Below are positions 47,234-55,205 of a stretch of DNA of 64,000 nt, piece by piece. Each line of letters starts with the position of its first letter. Positions within the stretch are counted from its first letter, which is position 1. The stretch comes from Verrucomicrobiota bacterium (GTDB lineage Bacteria > Verrucomicrobiota > Verrucomicrobiia > Limisphaerales > JADLHS01), in contig JAKQDQ010000042.1 of NCBI GenBank assembly GCA_029573725.1, positions 777 through 64,776 on the forward strand. Direction: 5' to 3'. Both the position numbers and the translations under genes were made by a program. Below the pieces are notes generated by a model, which saw only the letters and a program-made list of their open reading frames with translations, searched no databases and was not told the origin of the DNA.

Positions 47234-48631
47234 TCACAGCCCCCGCAACTTCCGCTCGCTGATCGTTCGGGTTTTCGTCGCCACCAAGTAGCGGAGACAG
47301 TCCGCGCAGTCATCGCCCCCAACGCCATCCTCGTCCGCGTCCACCTTGAGCACGTCCTCGGGCCGGTTTGGATCGTGTTGGAGTGCCGGCAACGTCTCAA
47401 TCAGCCGCCCGCAACGGGCGTGAATGAATAGTGTCGGCCTGATGCCTCCCTCAATATCACCTAACCCTTGCATAACTTCTGCCCAACCGTTCACCCGGTC
47501 GGTGTTGGCTGGACGCAGCGTGATACCCTGTTTCGCATATTGCGCGGCAATCGTCGTCCCGTCCGATTGCCGGCTGAAAACATCCGCGCCGGCCACGAAC
47601 CGTTTCAGGTCCGCCAGCGTCAATGCCCGGTCGCCAATCTTGTGCCGCGCGAGCATGGCCTTGATCGCCGCCGCGTGCCGTTGCGGCAGCCACAACCGCT
47701 CCGCGTGTTCATCCACGACATAGGTGTTTCCATCGCCATCGCGGCAGCCGAGCAGGCAGACCGTGTAATGGACGTGGCCGTAGTCAAAGGCACAGAACCA
47801 CTCCACGGCCCGCGCATCGTCGAAGTCCTCGACGACGTGAACGTCGCGCCGGAACTGCGTGAAGAACTGACCGGCGGCAATGTCCCAATCACCATCGAGC
47901 CAGGCGCGGCGTTGCCAGCCCGTCAGACCTTCCAGAATCCGCCGGTATTCCGGGTTGTTGAACGCATTGTCGTCGACGCGGGCCGGAATGAAGCGCGTTT
48001 CCGTCTCGCGCCGCTCCAGCATCGGCTGGACGAATCGCTTGCGATACCACGCATGACCAACGCCGCCGGGATTCGTGGTGGAGTAGATGCGCGGACGCCA
48101 GTTTGGCTTGGACGACCGGCAGCACGTCGTAATGTCTTGAAACTTCCGGCTCGTCAGTGTGGTTGCTTCCTCGATCCCAATGACATCGTATTCCAAGCCC
48201 AGGTAGGCATCCACGTCCCGGTCATTCTGGAAATGCCCGGCAATGATGCGCGAACCATTCGCGAAGGTGAGGATGCCGCGGAACGCGCTGAACTCATGTG
48301 GCAGCCGGTTGAACAGCCGTTGCCGGAGATCCTCGAAGTGCTCCAGGTTCGCTTTGCCCACTTTGCGGAGCAGCAGACATTTCAATCCTGGCACACGCTG
48401 ACAATCGTCGGCGCCGACTTGGGACAACATCCAGTGCGACTTGCCGCCGCCACGAGCGCCACCGTAACCGACTTCCGTCGGCCCGTCGGGGCGGTCGCAC
48501 AATCGGGCGGCAGCACTGGCAACCAGTTGACGCTCTTGCAACCACAATTTCGCGGCCACGAAGTTGCGGGTTTGATCCTCGGGACAGCCCGCCGCAATCG
48601 CGGCGTTCAGGAAAATTTCACGCTCGTTCAT
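47234..48631 (-). CDS. terL: terminase large subunit
   Basis: 465 aa with Walker A-like GGARGGGKS, Walker B LLLRKVG..., the ATPase coupling motif GIEEAT and a C-terminal RNaseH-like nuclease region (FDYGH..., DADEDG). Confidence 0.9.
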   Translation of the reverse strand: MNEREIFLNAAIAAGCPEDQTRNFVAAKLWLQERQLVASAAARLCDRPDGPTEVGYGGARGGGKSHWMLSQVGADDCQRVPGLKCLLLRKVGKANLEHFEDLRQRLFNRLPHEFSAFRGILTFANGSRIIAGHFQNDRDVDAYLGLEYDVIGIEEATTLTSRKFQDITTCCRSSKPNWRPRIYSTTNPGGVGHAWYRKRFVQPMLERRETETRFIPARVDDNAFNNPEYRRILEGLTGWQRRAWLDGDWDIAAGQFFTQFRRDVHVVEDFDDARAVEWFCAFDYGHVHYTVCLLGCRDGDGNTYVVDEHAERLWLPQRHAAAIKAMLARHKIGDRALTLADLKRFVAGADVFSRQSDGTTIAAQYAKQGITLRPANTDRVNGWAEVMQGLGDIEGGIRPTLFIHARCGRLIETLPALQHDPNRPEDVLKVDADEDGVGGDDCADCLRYLVATKTRTISERKLRGL

Positions 48632-49224
48632 GGCTTCGCCTCCTGGACGTCAATCACCGGTTGCTCCGGGACAGCTTCCACCTTCGCGCTATACGCCTTG
48701 CGGATGGCAATCTCCCAATCCACATCAATCGTCGCCTTCACCGTGGTGTTGACCTCCTTCACTTCTGTCGGCATCCCTGCCGCCAGCCGACCGAGCTTGG
48801 TTGCCAGTTCCAGCACGCGGGCGATGCCTTCCAGCGTGCCGCACTTGGCTTTGTTCTTTTCCCACCGCGCCAACATTTCATCCGCCAGCGCGATTAGCTT
48901 CTTGTGCCGCTGCCACTCGGCGACTTTCACGGCTTCATGCACCTTGTTCCAATCGACCGCCTTTTCGAGCGCCAACCCTTCGATGGCTTCGCGCTCGATG
49001 GTCGCCAGGTGCGCGGCGTGAGCTTGCACCCGTGCCGGCCAGTCGAACCGCCGCGACCAACGTTCGATCATGGTCTTGGACTTGCCGTGCTGGACGGCCA
49101 CGACCGCCAGCGAGCGTTGTGCGCCAAGTTCTAAGTAGGTTTTGAAAGCCGCGAACGCCTTGTTGCTCTCGCGGGGTTGCTGTTCAAATGACAACGCTGC
49201 TGTTTCTTGCTTGCTCGATTTCAT
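48628..49224 (-). CDS. terS: terminase small subunit (HTH type)
   Basis: The start MKSSKQ at 49224 and N-terminal AFAAFKTYLELGAQRSLAVVAVQHGKSKTMIERWSRRFDW match the HTH pattern of small terminases. Its stop overlaps the terL start. Confidence 0.65.
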   Translation of the reverse strand: MKSSKQETAALSFEQQPRESNKAFAAFKTYLELGAQRSLAVVAVQHGKSKTMIERWSRRFDWPARVQAHAAHLATIEREAIEGLALEKAVDWNKVHEAVKVAEWQRHKKLIALADEMLARWEKNKAKCGTLEGIARVLELATKLGRLAAGMPTEVKEVNTTVKATIDVDWEIAIRKAYSAKVEAVPEQPVIDVQEAKP

Positions 49225-49378
49225 GGTCTTTTTTTCCGCTGGCCCGTCCGGCTCGGACCGTCTCGCCTTAACGGCAGTAGTGGAATGGCAACCCGACCCA
49301 AGAAGGGTTGCCTTCCCGACTGCCTGCTTTGCTGGTGTAGTCCACTTTCTATTTAAGGGATGTTGGACTGTTGGACTG

Positions 49379-50416
49379 CTACTCGTTTCCGACCCAATAC
49401 AGCCCGCCGCCACTCTTGATTAAACCGTTGGCCACAAGCCGTTTGAGGTAGTTTGCCACGCTGCTCCGGCTCATCTTGAACTCGCTTTTGGCGGCTTCGA
49501 CGATTTTGGCGAAGGTTTTGCCCTCCGAACTCATCACGGCATCCACAAATTCCTTGTCCGAACACACCTTGTTTTTGGACTGTGGCCGGCGCAGTGCTTC
49601 CGGGTTCAGGTCGCTGGCGACCTTCATCAGGGGATACTCCCAGCCGACCACGAACTCCGGCAGTTGCGGCAGGTTGCGGAGGATGCTGGTGACGGTGAAG
49701 TGATCCGGCTCTTCGTGCGGCGTCAGCACGACGATGGTGTCGGGGTCGCGCGCCCACGCGCCTGCACCGCTCATGCGGTCCATCGCCGACTTCGCCGTGC
49801 TATCGCCCTTGGCAAAATGGTGCGCGACCACGATGGCCGCGCCGGTCTTCTGCGCCATTGCTTCAAACTCGTTCATCAGGCTGGCGATCTCGCCGTTGGC
49901 GTTCTCGTCGCGGTTGCCCAGCACCTTGTAAGCGGGGTCGAGGATGATCAGACCGAACTGATGCTTGGCGAGTTGTTCCTCCAGCTTGGGCCGCAGCAGG
50001 GTGATGTCGGCATTGTGCCCGCGCAGATTCCAAATGTGCAGCGTCTTGCCCATCGCCTTGCACTCGGGCCGCGCCCCGCACAACGCATTGATGCGTTGCG
50101 CCACCGCCCAGGTGTGCAGCTCGAAATTGATATACACCACCGGCAGCTTGGCGCATTGCCGTCCCCACCACGGTTGCCCGCTCGCCACGGACAACGCCAG
50201 GTCCAGCAGACACCACGACTTGTTGCTCTTGCTCGTCCCGCCGAGGATCATCTTGCACCCTTGGTGCAGGATGCCCTCGATGATGAGCGGCGGCGGTGGC
50301 GTCGCCACGGCGCACAACTGCTCCAGCGTCAGAATGTCCGGCAGCGGCGGCGCGACCGCGCCCAGGTCCACCGCCGGGTCAACCTGCTCAGTCGGGGAAT
50401 AGGTTTTGATCTCCAT
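49379..50416 (-). CDS. RepA/DnaB-like replicative helicase (AAA_25) with C-terminal wHTH
   Basis: Walker A ILGGTSKSNKS, Walker B LIILDP and a RecA-like core, with a C-terminal MarR-like helix (VANYLKRLVANGLIKSGG). Confidence 0.7.
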   Translation of the reverse strand: MEIKTYSPTEQVDPAVDLGAVAPPLPDILTLEQLCAVATPPPPLIIEGILHQGCKMILGGTSKSNKSWCLLDLALSVASGQPWWGRQCAKLPVVYINFELHTWAVAQRINALCGARPECKAMGKTLHIWNLRGHNADITLLRPKLEEQLAKHQFGLIILDPAYKVLGNRDENANGEIASLMNEFEAMAQKTGAAIVVAHHFAKGDSTAKSAMDRMSGAGAWARDPDTIVVLTPHEEPDHFTVTSILRNLPQLPEFVVGWEYPLMKVASDLNPEALRRPQSKNKVCSDKEFVDAVMSSEGKTFAKIVEAAKSEFKMSRSSVANYLKRLVANGLIKSGGGLYWVGNE

Positions 50417-50417
50417 G

Positions 50418-51407
50418 CTAATCCTTGAGCCAGACGATGCGTTGCAGTTTTCCGTCCCGGTATGCGCCGGGCACGCGCACCGGCTGGGAATAGGTGAAAA
50501 GTTTCGGGTCGCAGCCGAACACGGTCAGCACGGCCTTGAGTCGCGCCTCGATCCGCCTGTCGCGGGGTGCGTCCAGCCAGCCGTGGAGCGACTTCCCGGC
50601 GGTATCAATGATGGCGTGCAGGTTGAAATGCAGCCGGCGATTCAGATAGGCGAAGATCGCGCCAACTTCATCCTTCGCCAGCGTGTCCGACTCCACGACC
50701 ATGAACCGCGTGCCGTTGCAGTTCGCGTTGCTGCGCTGAAAACTCCCCGGCTTGAACGATGAGCCGCAGGTGAAGTTGCCCATCACCGGCCCGATTTGAT
50801 ACCAGTCGGCTATCGGCCGGAAATGCGTCCGATGTTCCGGCCTGCCCGAACTGTAAATGTCGCCGATCCACACATGACAATGCGCCGGCCAGAGCTTGAG
50901 CCAGGTGCGGAACTGGTCTTCGGCGTCGCGCTCCGCTACTAACAGCGGCGAGTCCTCCAATATCTGCGCGAACGGCCAGTGGAAATTCTCGAACAACTCC
51001 GGTTTGAACCGCTCCGCCGTCACCGTCAGCGTTTCCAAAATCAACTGCTCGCCCGCGTCGCGGCCCTCGGACTTGGCGCGAGCCTGGACAACCTCACGCG
51101 GCAGCACCGTGCCGCTCGCTTGCAACACGTCACCGCTCCGCAAAACTTTTCCGCCCGGTAACGTCAGCGCCCACGGCGACGCGTTCAACCCGCGCCGCAA
51201 TCGCCGGTTGGCTTCCGCCACCGCCGGGGCGCACGAGGCGTGGAAACAGTAAATCGTCGGCGCTCCATCCACGTTGATCCGGCAGTCTTTCTTGCCGGTC
51301 TTGTGCGTGTGCAGCGACTCACCCGGACAGCGGCAGAAGCCGCTGACCTCGCTCTGCCAGTCCACCGCGCCGACGATGCTGGCGGCAATGTGCCGCGGGT
51401 CAGTCAT
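50418..51407 (-). CDS. putative DNA primase (Zn-finger + AEP/Prim-Pol-like core)
   Basis: The start MTDPRH at 51407 is followed by an N-terminal CPG...H.H...C...CFHASC zinc motif. The acidic VVESD and SLHGW motifs resemble AEP motifs I and II. It lies directly upstream of the helicase. Confidence 0.5.
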   Translation of the reverse strand: MTDPRHIAASIVGAVDWQSEVSGFCRCPGESLHTHKTGKKDCRINVDGAPTIYCFHASCAPAVAEANRRLRRGLNASPWALTLPGGKVLRSGDVLQASGTVLPREVVQARAKSEGRDAGEQLILETLTVTAERFKPELFENFHWPFAQILEDSPLLVAERDAEDQFRTWLKLWPAHCHVWIGDIYSSGRPEHRTHFRPIADWYQIGPVMGNFTCGSSFKPGSFQRSNANCNGTRFMVVESDTLAKDEVGAIFAYLNRRLHFNLHAIIDTAGKSLHGWLDAPRDRRIEARLKAVLTVFGCDPKLFTYSQPVRVPGAYRDGKLQRIVWLKD

Positions 51408-51792
51408 GGTGACCGCCCACCAGTTGCGGCGTGACTTTGCGATGCCACTCGTCGTGGCACGGCTTGCACAGATAATCCTTCGGCCACCGGTCCGCCTCGT
51501 CCTTGCCGAAGATCGCCTGCGGCGACCAATGATGTTCTTCCGCGCCCCGAGCCCCACATCGGGCGCAGCGCGGTTGATCCATGCGCTCGACGACGCGGAC
51601 GAGCGACAAGTCCACGCCGTTGGTGGCGAGGGTTTCCTTTGGAATCCAATAGCCACCGTTTTTGCTCGCCGTCCACCAACGACATTCCAGACACCACCAG
51701 CCAAAATGCTCGGCGGCGCTGGCACTCAGCCGACAGGAAATCTCCTGGCGGGTGTCACGCGCACAACGCGGGCAACGGCGGTTTCGTATCAT
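51400..51792 (-). CDS. HNH-type zinc-finger nuclease-like protein
   Basis: CPRC...CLEC...CARCG cysteine pairs and EEHHWSP...CKPCHDEWH (HNH-like His-Me finger). Confidence 0.5.
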   Translation of the reverse strand: MIRNRRCPRCARDTRQEISCRLSASAAEHFGWWCLECRWWTASKNGGYWIPKETLATNGVDLSLVRVVERMDQPRCARCGARGAEEHHWSPQAIFGKDEADRWPKDYLCKPCHDEWHRKVTPQLVGGHHD

Positions 51793-51813
51793 GGTGGCCG
51801 GTGCGGTTCGCAC

Positions 51814-52020
51814 TCAGAACTTCAATTCCGGTTCGCAGTGTTCCTTGACCGCCCGCAGAAAATCAGCGGGCCGTTTCAAGACCTCCTTCGCGACGTGCGG
51901 CGGCAGATGGAGCAGATTCTTCGCGCCGTATTTGTCCGCGATGAATTGCAGCACCATGCCCTCGACACGCGGATCACCGCCGAGCAGGCGGTGCAACCGT
52001 TCCACCGTCTGCACCGACAA
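51814..52020 (-). CDS. small hypothetical protein (TTG/GTG start)
   Basis: Only the 3' end of the 383-aa shadow ORF looks real (LSVQTVERLHRLLGG...KYGAKNLLHLPPHVAKEVLKRPADFLRAVKEH). It follows REP-like repeat copy A. Confidence 0.3.
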   Translation of the reverse strand: MSVQTVERLHRLLGGDPRVEGMVLQFIADKYGAKNLLHLPPHVAKEVLKRPADFLRAVKEHCEPELKF

Positions 52021-52040
52021 CCGGCCCGTCGCGGGATTTG

Positions 52041-52127
52041 AAATTTCTCCCTCTCCGCCTCGGTCGGGGAGAGGGATAAAGGGTGAGGTGTCGCTAGGCA
52101 TTTGTCGCATCCGTCCTATTTGTCCTA
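52041..52127. repeat. REP-like hairpin repeat, copy A
   Basis: TCTCCCTCTCCGCCTCGGTCGGGGAGAGGGATAAAGGGTGAGGTGTCGC...ATCCGTCCTATTTGTCC is shared with copies at 53186 and 53806. Confidence 0.75.
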
Positions 52128-52994
52128 CGCCGTCAGCACCATTTCGGCGCTGGCTTTGGCTGCCGGGTCGTAACCCTTTTCGATCACCCACAACCGGTGC
52201 GCGGCGACGAACGCCCGCCACCCGGTTTCCATTTCGTCTTCGGTCCAGACGTGTTCGATTGGCGCGGACGGCTCGACCGAGTTGACGATGAGGTTCATGC
52301 ACCGCACCGGCTCGCCCAGCGCCCGGCGATACGCCGCGAGTTGGTAACACCAACTCTTGTAAGGCTTGGGTGGCACAGGCGACCCGCCTGTCGTTCCGGG
52401 CGGCCCGCCCGGAACTTTCCCTCCCCGTTGCGGAAACTTCATCGTCTTCAAATCCACGAGCGTCAGCCCGTGAACCGGATGCTCGATGAGCAAGTCCGCC
52501 GTGCCGGCGTAACCCCATTCGGGATGCACCAGCACCTTCTCGGTCCAACGCAGCACGAGCGCGTTGGCCTGATACCAGTCGCGGTATTTGTTCAACCAGG
52601 CCGAGTGCAAATCCGCCCGGTCCACTTCCAGCGTGTGCGCGATGCGTTCCGCTCCGGCGTGAAACGCCGTGCCGAAATCCGCCGCGCTGTCGCGGGTCGT
52701 CTGCGAATCCGCGACCACCCGCCGGGCGAAATCGTCTTCGCTTTCGCCGGGGTTGCGCGGCAGCGTCAACGCCGCCATCACCGCTTGCTCTTGCAACCAG
52801 GCCGTGAGTTCCGGCTTGGCGATGACGCCGAGGATGTTCGTCACGCTCGGCAGCAGGCCCAGCTTGCGGGCATCCCGCAGCGTGGTCGGGCGCATGGTGG
52901 CCGTCTGCAAAGACCCCTTGAGGGACGGGACGGTGTGCAACGGCACACCATCCCGTTGATACCAATGCGCCGAATCTGGTGAAAATAGCTTCAT
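52125..52994 (-). CDS. PD-(D/E)XK family exonuclease (phage RecB/Cas4-like)
   Basis: GYAGTADLL...LVDLKT...YQLAAY motifs (D, D/ExK, QxxxY), 289 aa, inside the recombination module. Confidence 0.7.
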   Translation of the reverse strand: MKLFSPDSAHWYQRDGVPLHTVPSLKGSLQTATMRPTTLRDARKLGLLPSVTNILGVIAKPELTAWLQEQAVMAALTLPRNPGESEDDFARRVVADSQTTRDSAADFGTAFHAGAERIAHTLEVDRADLHSAWLNKYRDWYQANALVLRWTEKVLVHPEWGYAGTADLLIEHPVHGLTLVDLKTMKFPQRGGKVPGGPPGTTGGSPVPPKPYKSWCYQLAAYRRALGEPVRCMNLIVNSVEPSAPIEHVWTEDEMETGWRAFVAAHRLWVIEKGYDPAAKASAEMVLTA

Positions 52995-53120
52995 ATTCGT
53001 TTTCCTTGGGGAATCACTCTGAGAACTCTGAAGGAGTTCCAGAAATTGGCCCCGGGTAAGGTCGGGAGGCCGCTACCCGGGGATCATGGGATGATATCCA
53101 CGTAATCAGTTTCACCCGGT

Positions 53121-53735
53121 TCAAAATCCGACTTCGGGATCGAAGTCGCCAGCGGGCGGCGTTGTCGCCGCGCTGCTTTTGGATTCCCCTCCCTCCCCGC
53201 GCTGGGGAGAGGGTTGGGGTGAGGTGCGCGGCGAAGCCGCATTGGCCACAGGCGCTGCCTGTTTTGCTTTCCATTCGGCGTAACGCTGGCGCGTCGCCGC
53301 CGGATCGTAAGTGCCGCTGGGCGTCACCTTCCTGGTCGGCTTGCTCACCGCATCAATCGCGGCGTAAGTCTTGCCGCTCATGTTCTGCTGGTGACTGATG
53401 ACCAGCGTGCAACTCGCGCCGATGAGCTTGGCGAGATCAATCGTCTCGCCCGGCGTCACCGGACGCCCCCGCCACTTGCCCAGGAACTCCGCGAGCTTCG
53501 CCTTCGGATGCAGGCTCGCCGTGAAGTTCTTCGACACCGTGCAGGGTTTGCCGTCGTCGGTCTTCTGCTCGCTCTCGAAAACGAGCTTCACCTTGTTGAC
53601 CATCTTCTTGACCCCTTGAAACTCCGTTTCAACGAGGCCCATATCCATCACATCCACGCAGCACGCGGGATGGATGCCTTCGGGATGCGGCTTGAAGTCG
53701 CCGCCGTCTTTGCTTGTCAGTGTGAGGTTACTCAT
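53121..53735 (-). CDS. DUF669-like phage protein with SSB-style acidic tail
   Basis: Start MSNLTLTSKDGGDFKPHPEGIHPACCVDV (DUF669-like N-terminus), and the C-terminus ends GDFDPEVGF. The linker PRTSPQPSPQRGEGGE is encoded by REP-like repeat copy B. Confidence 0.55.
   Translation of the reverse strand: MSNLTLTSKDGGDFKPHPEGIHPACCVDVMDMGLVETEFQGVKKMVNKVKLVFESEQKTDDGKPCTVSKNFTASLHPKAKLAEFLGKWRGRPVTPGETIDLAKLIGASCTLVISHQQNMSGKTYAAIDAVSKPTRKVTPSGTYDPAATRQRYAEWKAKQAAPVANAASPRTSPQPSPQRGEGGESKSSAATTPPAGDFDPEVGF
53186..53228. repeat. REP-like hairpin repeat, copy B (inside a CDS)
   Basis: CCCCTCCCTCCCCGCGCTGGGGAGAGGGTTGGGGTGAGGTGCG. Confidence 0.7.
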
Positions 53736-54262
53736 GTGCTTTGTTCTTTCTGTTTTTGGTTTTTGTTTTCCGTGGTAGGGACGTGCTGCTGCGCGTCCCA
53801 AATCTTTCCTCCCTCTCCGCCTCGAACGGGGAGAGGGCCGGGGTGAGGTGTCGCATCCGTCCCATTTGTCCCCTTCGTCCCTTCATACCCCGTGCGGCTC
53901 GCACCCGGCGACAGTTCGCCGCGCAGCAGGCGGAAGAAGGTTTCGGCGCGCATCGTGATCAGCCAGGGGGAGCGATTGCGGCGGTGCGCCACAATCCACG
54001 CCAGTTTCTTGGGCTTCGCGGCGTCAGCCGCATTGAGTCCAGACCCCGTCTGGTCGCGCTCGGCCTGGGCGCAGGCGTCGGTGAGGTTCAGGTTTTGCAC
54101 CCGCTTCACCTCGACGTGCAGCCACGCCAGCGCGTCGCTGACCACGTCGGGCGAATCCGGCGAGCCGCTAAATTGCTGCCCGCGCCTTGCATCGAATCCA
54201 TTTTCCCGAAGCAAGGCGGCAAACTCCCGTTCACCGCGTTTTCCTTTGTCTCGGCAATTCAT
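53732..54262 (-). CDS. Holliday-junction-resolvase-like / PD-(D/E)XK endonuclease
   Basis: KGKRGEREFAALLRENGF...SPDVV...LHVEVKR pattern (E, D, ExK). The C-terminal 50 aa are encoded by REP-like repeat copy C. Its stop overlaps the next start (ATGA). Confidence 0.55.
   Translation of the reverse strand: MNCRDKGKRGEREFAALLRENGFDARRGQQFSGSPDSPDVVSDALAWLHVEVKRVQNLNLTDACAQAERDQTGSGLNAADAAKPKKLAWIVAHRRNRSPWLITMRAETFFRLLRGELSPGASRTGYEGTKGTNGTDATPHPGPLPVRGGEGGKIWDAQQHVPTTENKNQKQKEQST
53806..53872. repeat. REP-like hairpin repeat, copy C (inside a CDS)
   Basis: TTCCTCCCTCTCCGCCTCGAACGGGGAGAGGGCCGGGGTGAGGTGTCGCATCCGTCCCATTTGTCC. Confidence 0.75.
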
Positions 54263-54417
54263 GGATTCGATCCTTTCCGGGCGTCATCTCGGGTCGCGAA
54301 GCGACTTTGTGATTTAGGGCATCCATTTTGAGGCAGGCTTGGGAAGCCCAACCCGTGCTCGCGCAGCAGCGACGCAAACTCGCGCTCACCAACTTTGCCT
54401 TTGCGCCGGGAGTTCAT
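54259..54417 (-). CDS. short ORF whose N-terminus is a paralogue of the downstream endonuclease N-terminus
   Basis: MNSRRKGKVGEREFASLLREHGLG aligns with MNCRDKGKRGEREFAALLRENGFD and diverges afterwards. It has ATGA overlaps at both ends. Confidence 0.35.
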   Translation of the reverse strand: MNSRRKGKVGEREFASLLREHGLGFPSLPQNGCPKSQSRFATRDDARKGSNP

Positions 54418-54551
54418 TGGCCGTTGTCCTTGCGGTTGGCTTTGGCGCGACGCTCGCGCATCTCCTCGACGCACTGGACGCAGTAGCAGCCGGTGATGAC
54501 GCAGAAGTTCGCCAGCATGACTGCGAACAGAATGTTGATGATGGTGTTCAT
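54414..54551 (-). CDS. small single-TM protein
   Basis: MNTIINILFAVMLANFCVITGCYCVQC..., 45 aa. Confidence 0.35.
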   Translation of the reverse strand: MNTIINILFAVMLANFCVITGCYCVQCVEEMRERRAKANRKDNGQ

Positions 54552-54585
54552 TGATTTGCCTTTCGTGTTGGTTCGTTGGTGTTGG

Positions 54586-54846
54586 TTAAATCCCCGTGCG
54601 CGGACGAACGACACCGCGCCGGCAGACTTTGAAATTCGATTTCAGGTGTTCGATGACCTCCGGCCAGTGGAACAAAACGACAGAGGAAATTTTGATGAAG
54701 GGCAGGAATCCCTCGCGTTGCCAGTTCTCGACGGTTCGCACCGTCACCTTGAGCTTCGCGGCGAGTTCCTTCTTGGTGAGCATTTCGTCGCGTGGATCAG
54801 CCGGCAACGGCGCGGACGTGGTTGAGATTTGTGTGTTGTTGCTCAT
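54586..54846 (-). CDS. AlpA/excisionase-family HTH protein (HTH_17)
   Basis: LTKKELAAKLKVTVRTVENWQREGFLPFIK is the typical MerR-superfamily excisionase/AlpA helix-turn-helix. Confidence 0.7.
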   Translation of the reverse strand: MSNNTQISTTSAPLPADPRDEMLTKKELAAKLKVTVRTVENWQREGFLPFIKISSVVLFHWPEVIEHLKSNFKVCRRGVVRPRTGI

Positions 54847-54863
54847 GCGTCGCTCCTGGGGAA

Positions 54864-55058
54864 TCAGCAGTCGAAGATTTCAAACGTGGGTTTGCCGAGC
54901 GCATCGGCGATGCGCTGCTTGAGCCTGGCATCCGGCGCGATGCGTCCGGTTTCGACGCGAGAGATTTCGATCTCCCTTGTTCCGACTCGGTCGGCGAGTT
55001 GAAGCTGGGTTAAGCCCTTCAACACCCGCGCCGCCTTCATTCGATGATTCACAGTCAT
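54864..55058 (-). CDS. XRE-family (Cro/CI-type) HTH regulator
   Basis: 64 aa with KAARVLKGLTQLQLADRVGTREIEISRVETG, a canonical HTH_3 pattern. Confidence 0.75.
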   Translation of the reverse strand: MTVNHRMKAARVLKGLTQLQLADRVGTREIEISRVETGRIAPDARLKQRIADALGKPTFEIFDC

Positions 55059-55127
55059 TTCCGGTTTGTTGGTTACGGTGGCGAACCGCTCGTCACGTCT
55101 CTTTTCCCCGGAAATCGCGGAATCAGG

Positions 55128-55161
55128 GCATGAAAATGGGGTTAGCAGTCACGCTAACCCC
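55128..55161 (-). terminator. putative terminator separating the WYL-linked genes from the XRE operon
   Basis: GGGGTTAGC (55138-55146) pairs with GCTAACCCC (55153-55161). On the minus strand ATTTTCAT follows. Confidence 0.45.
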
Positions 55162-55205
55162 TGTGCGGGAATGAATTGTGAGAAATCAGGAAATCGCGGA
55201 GGAAA

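Noticed and set aside
51814-52965. 383-aa minus-strand ORF.
   Set aside because: It is an out-of-frame shadow of the PD-(D/E)XK exonuclease gene (52125-52994). Only its last 68 or so codons, downstream of the exonuclease stop, may be a real small gene.
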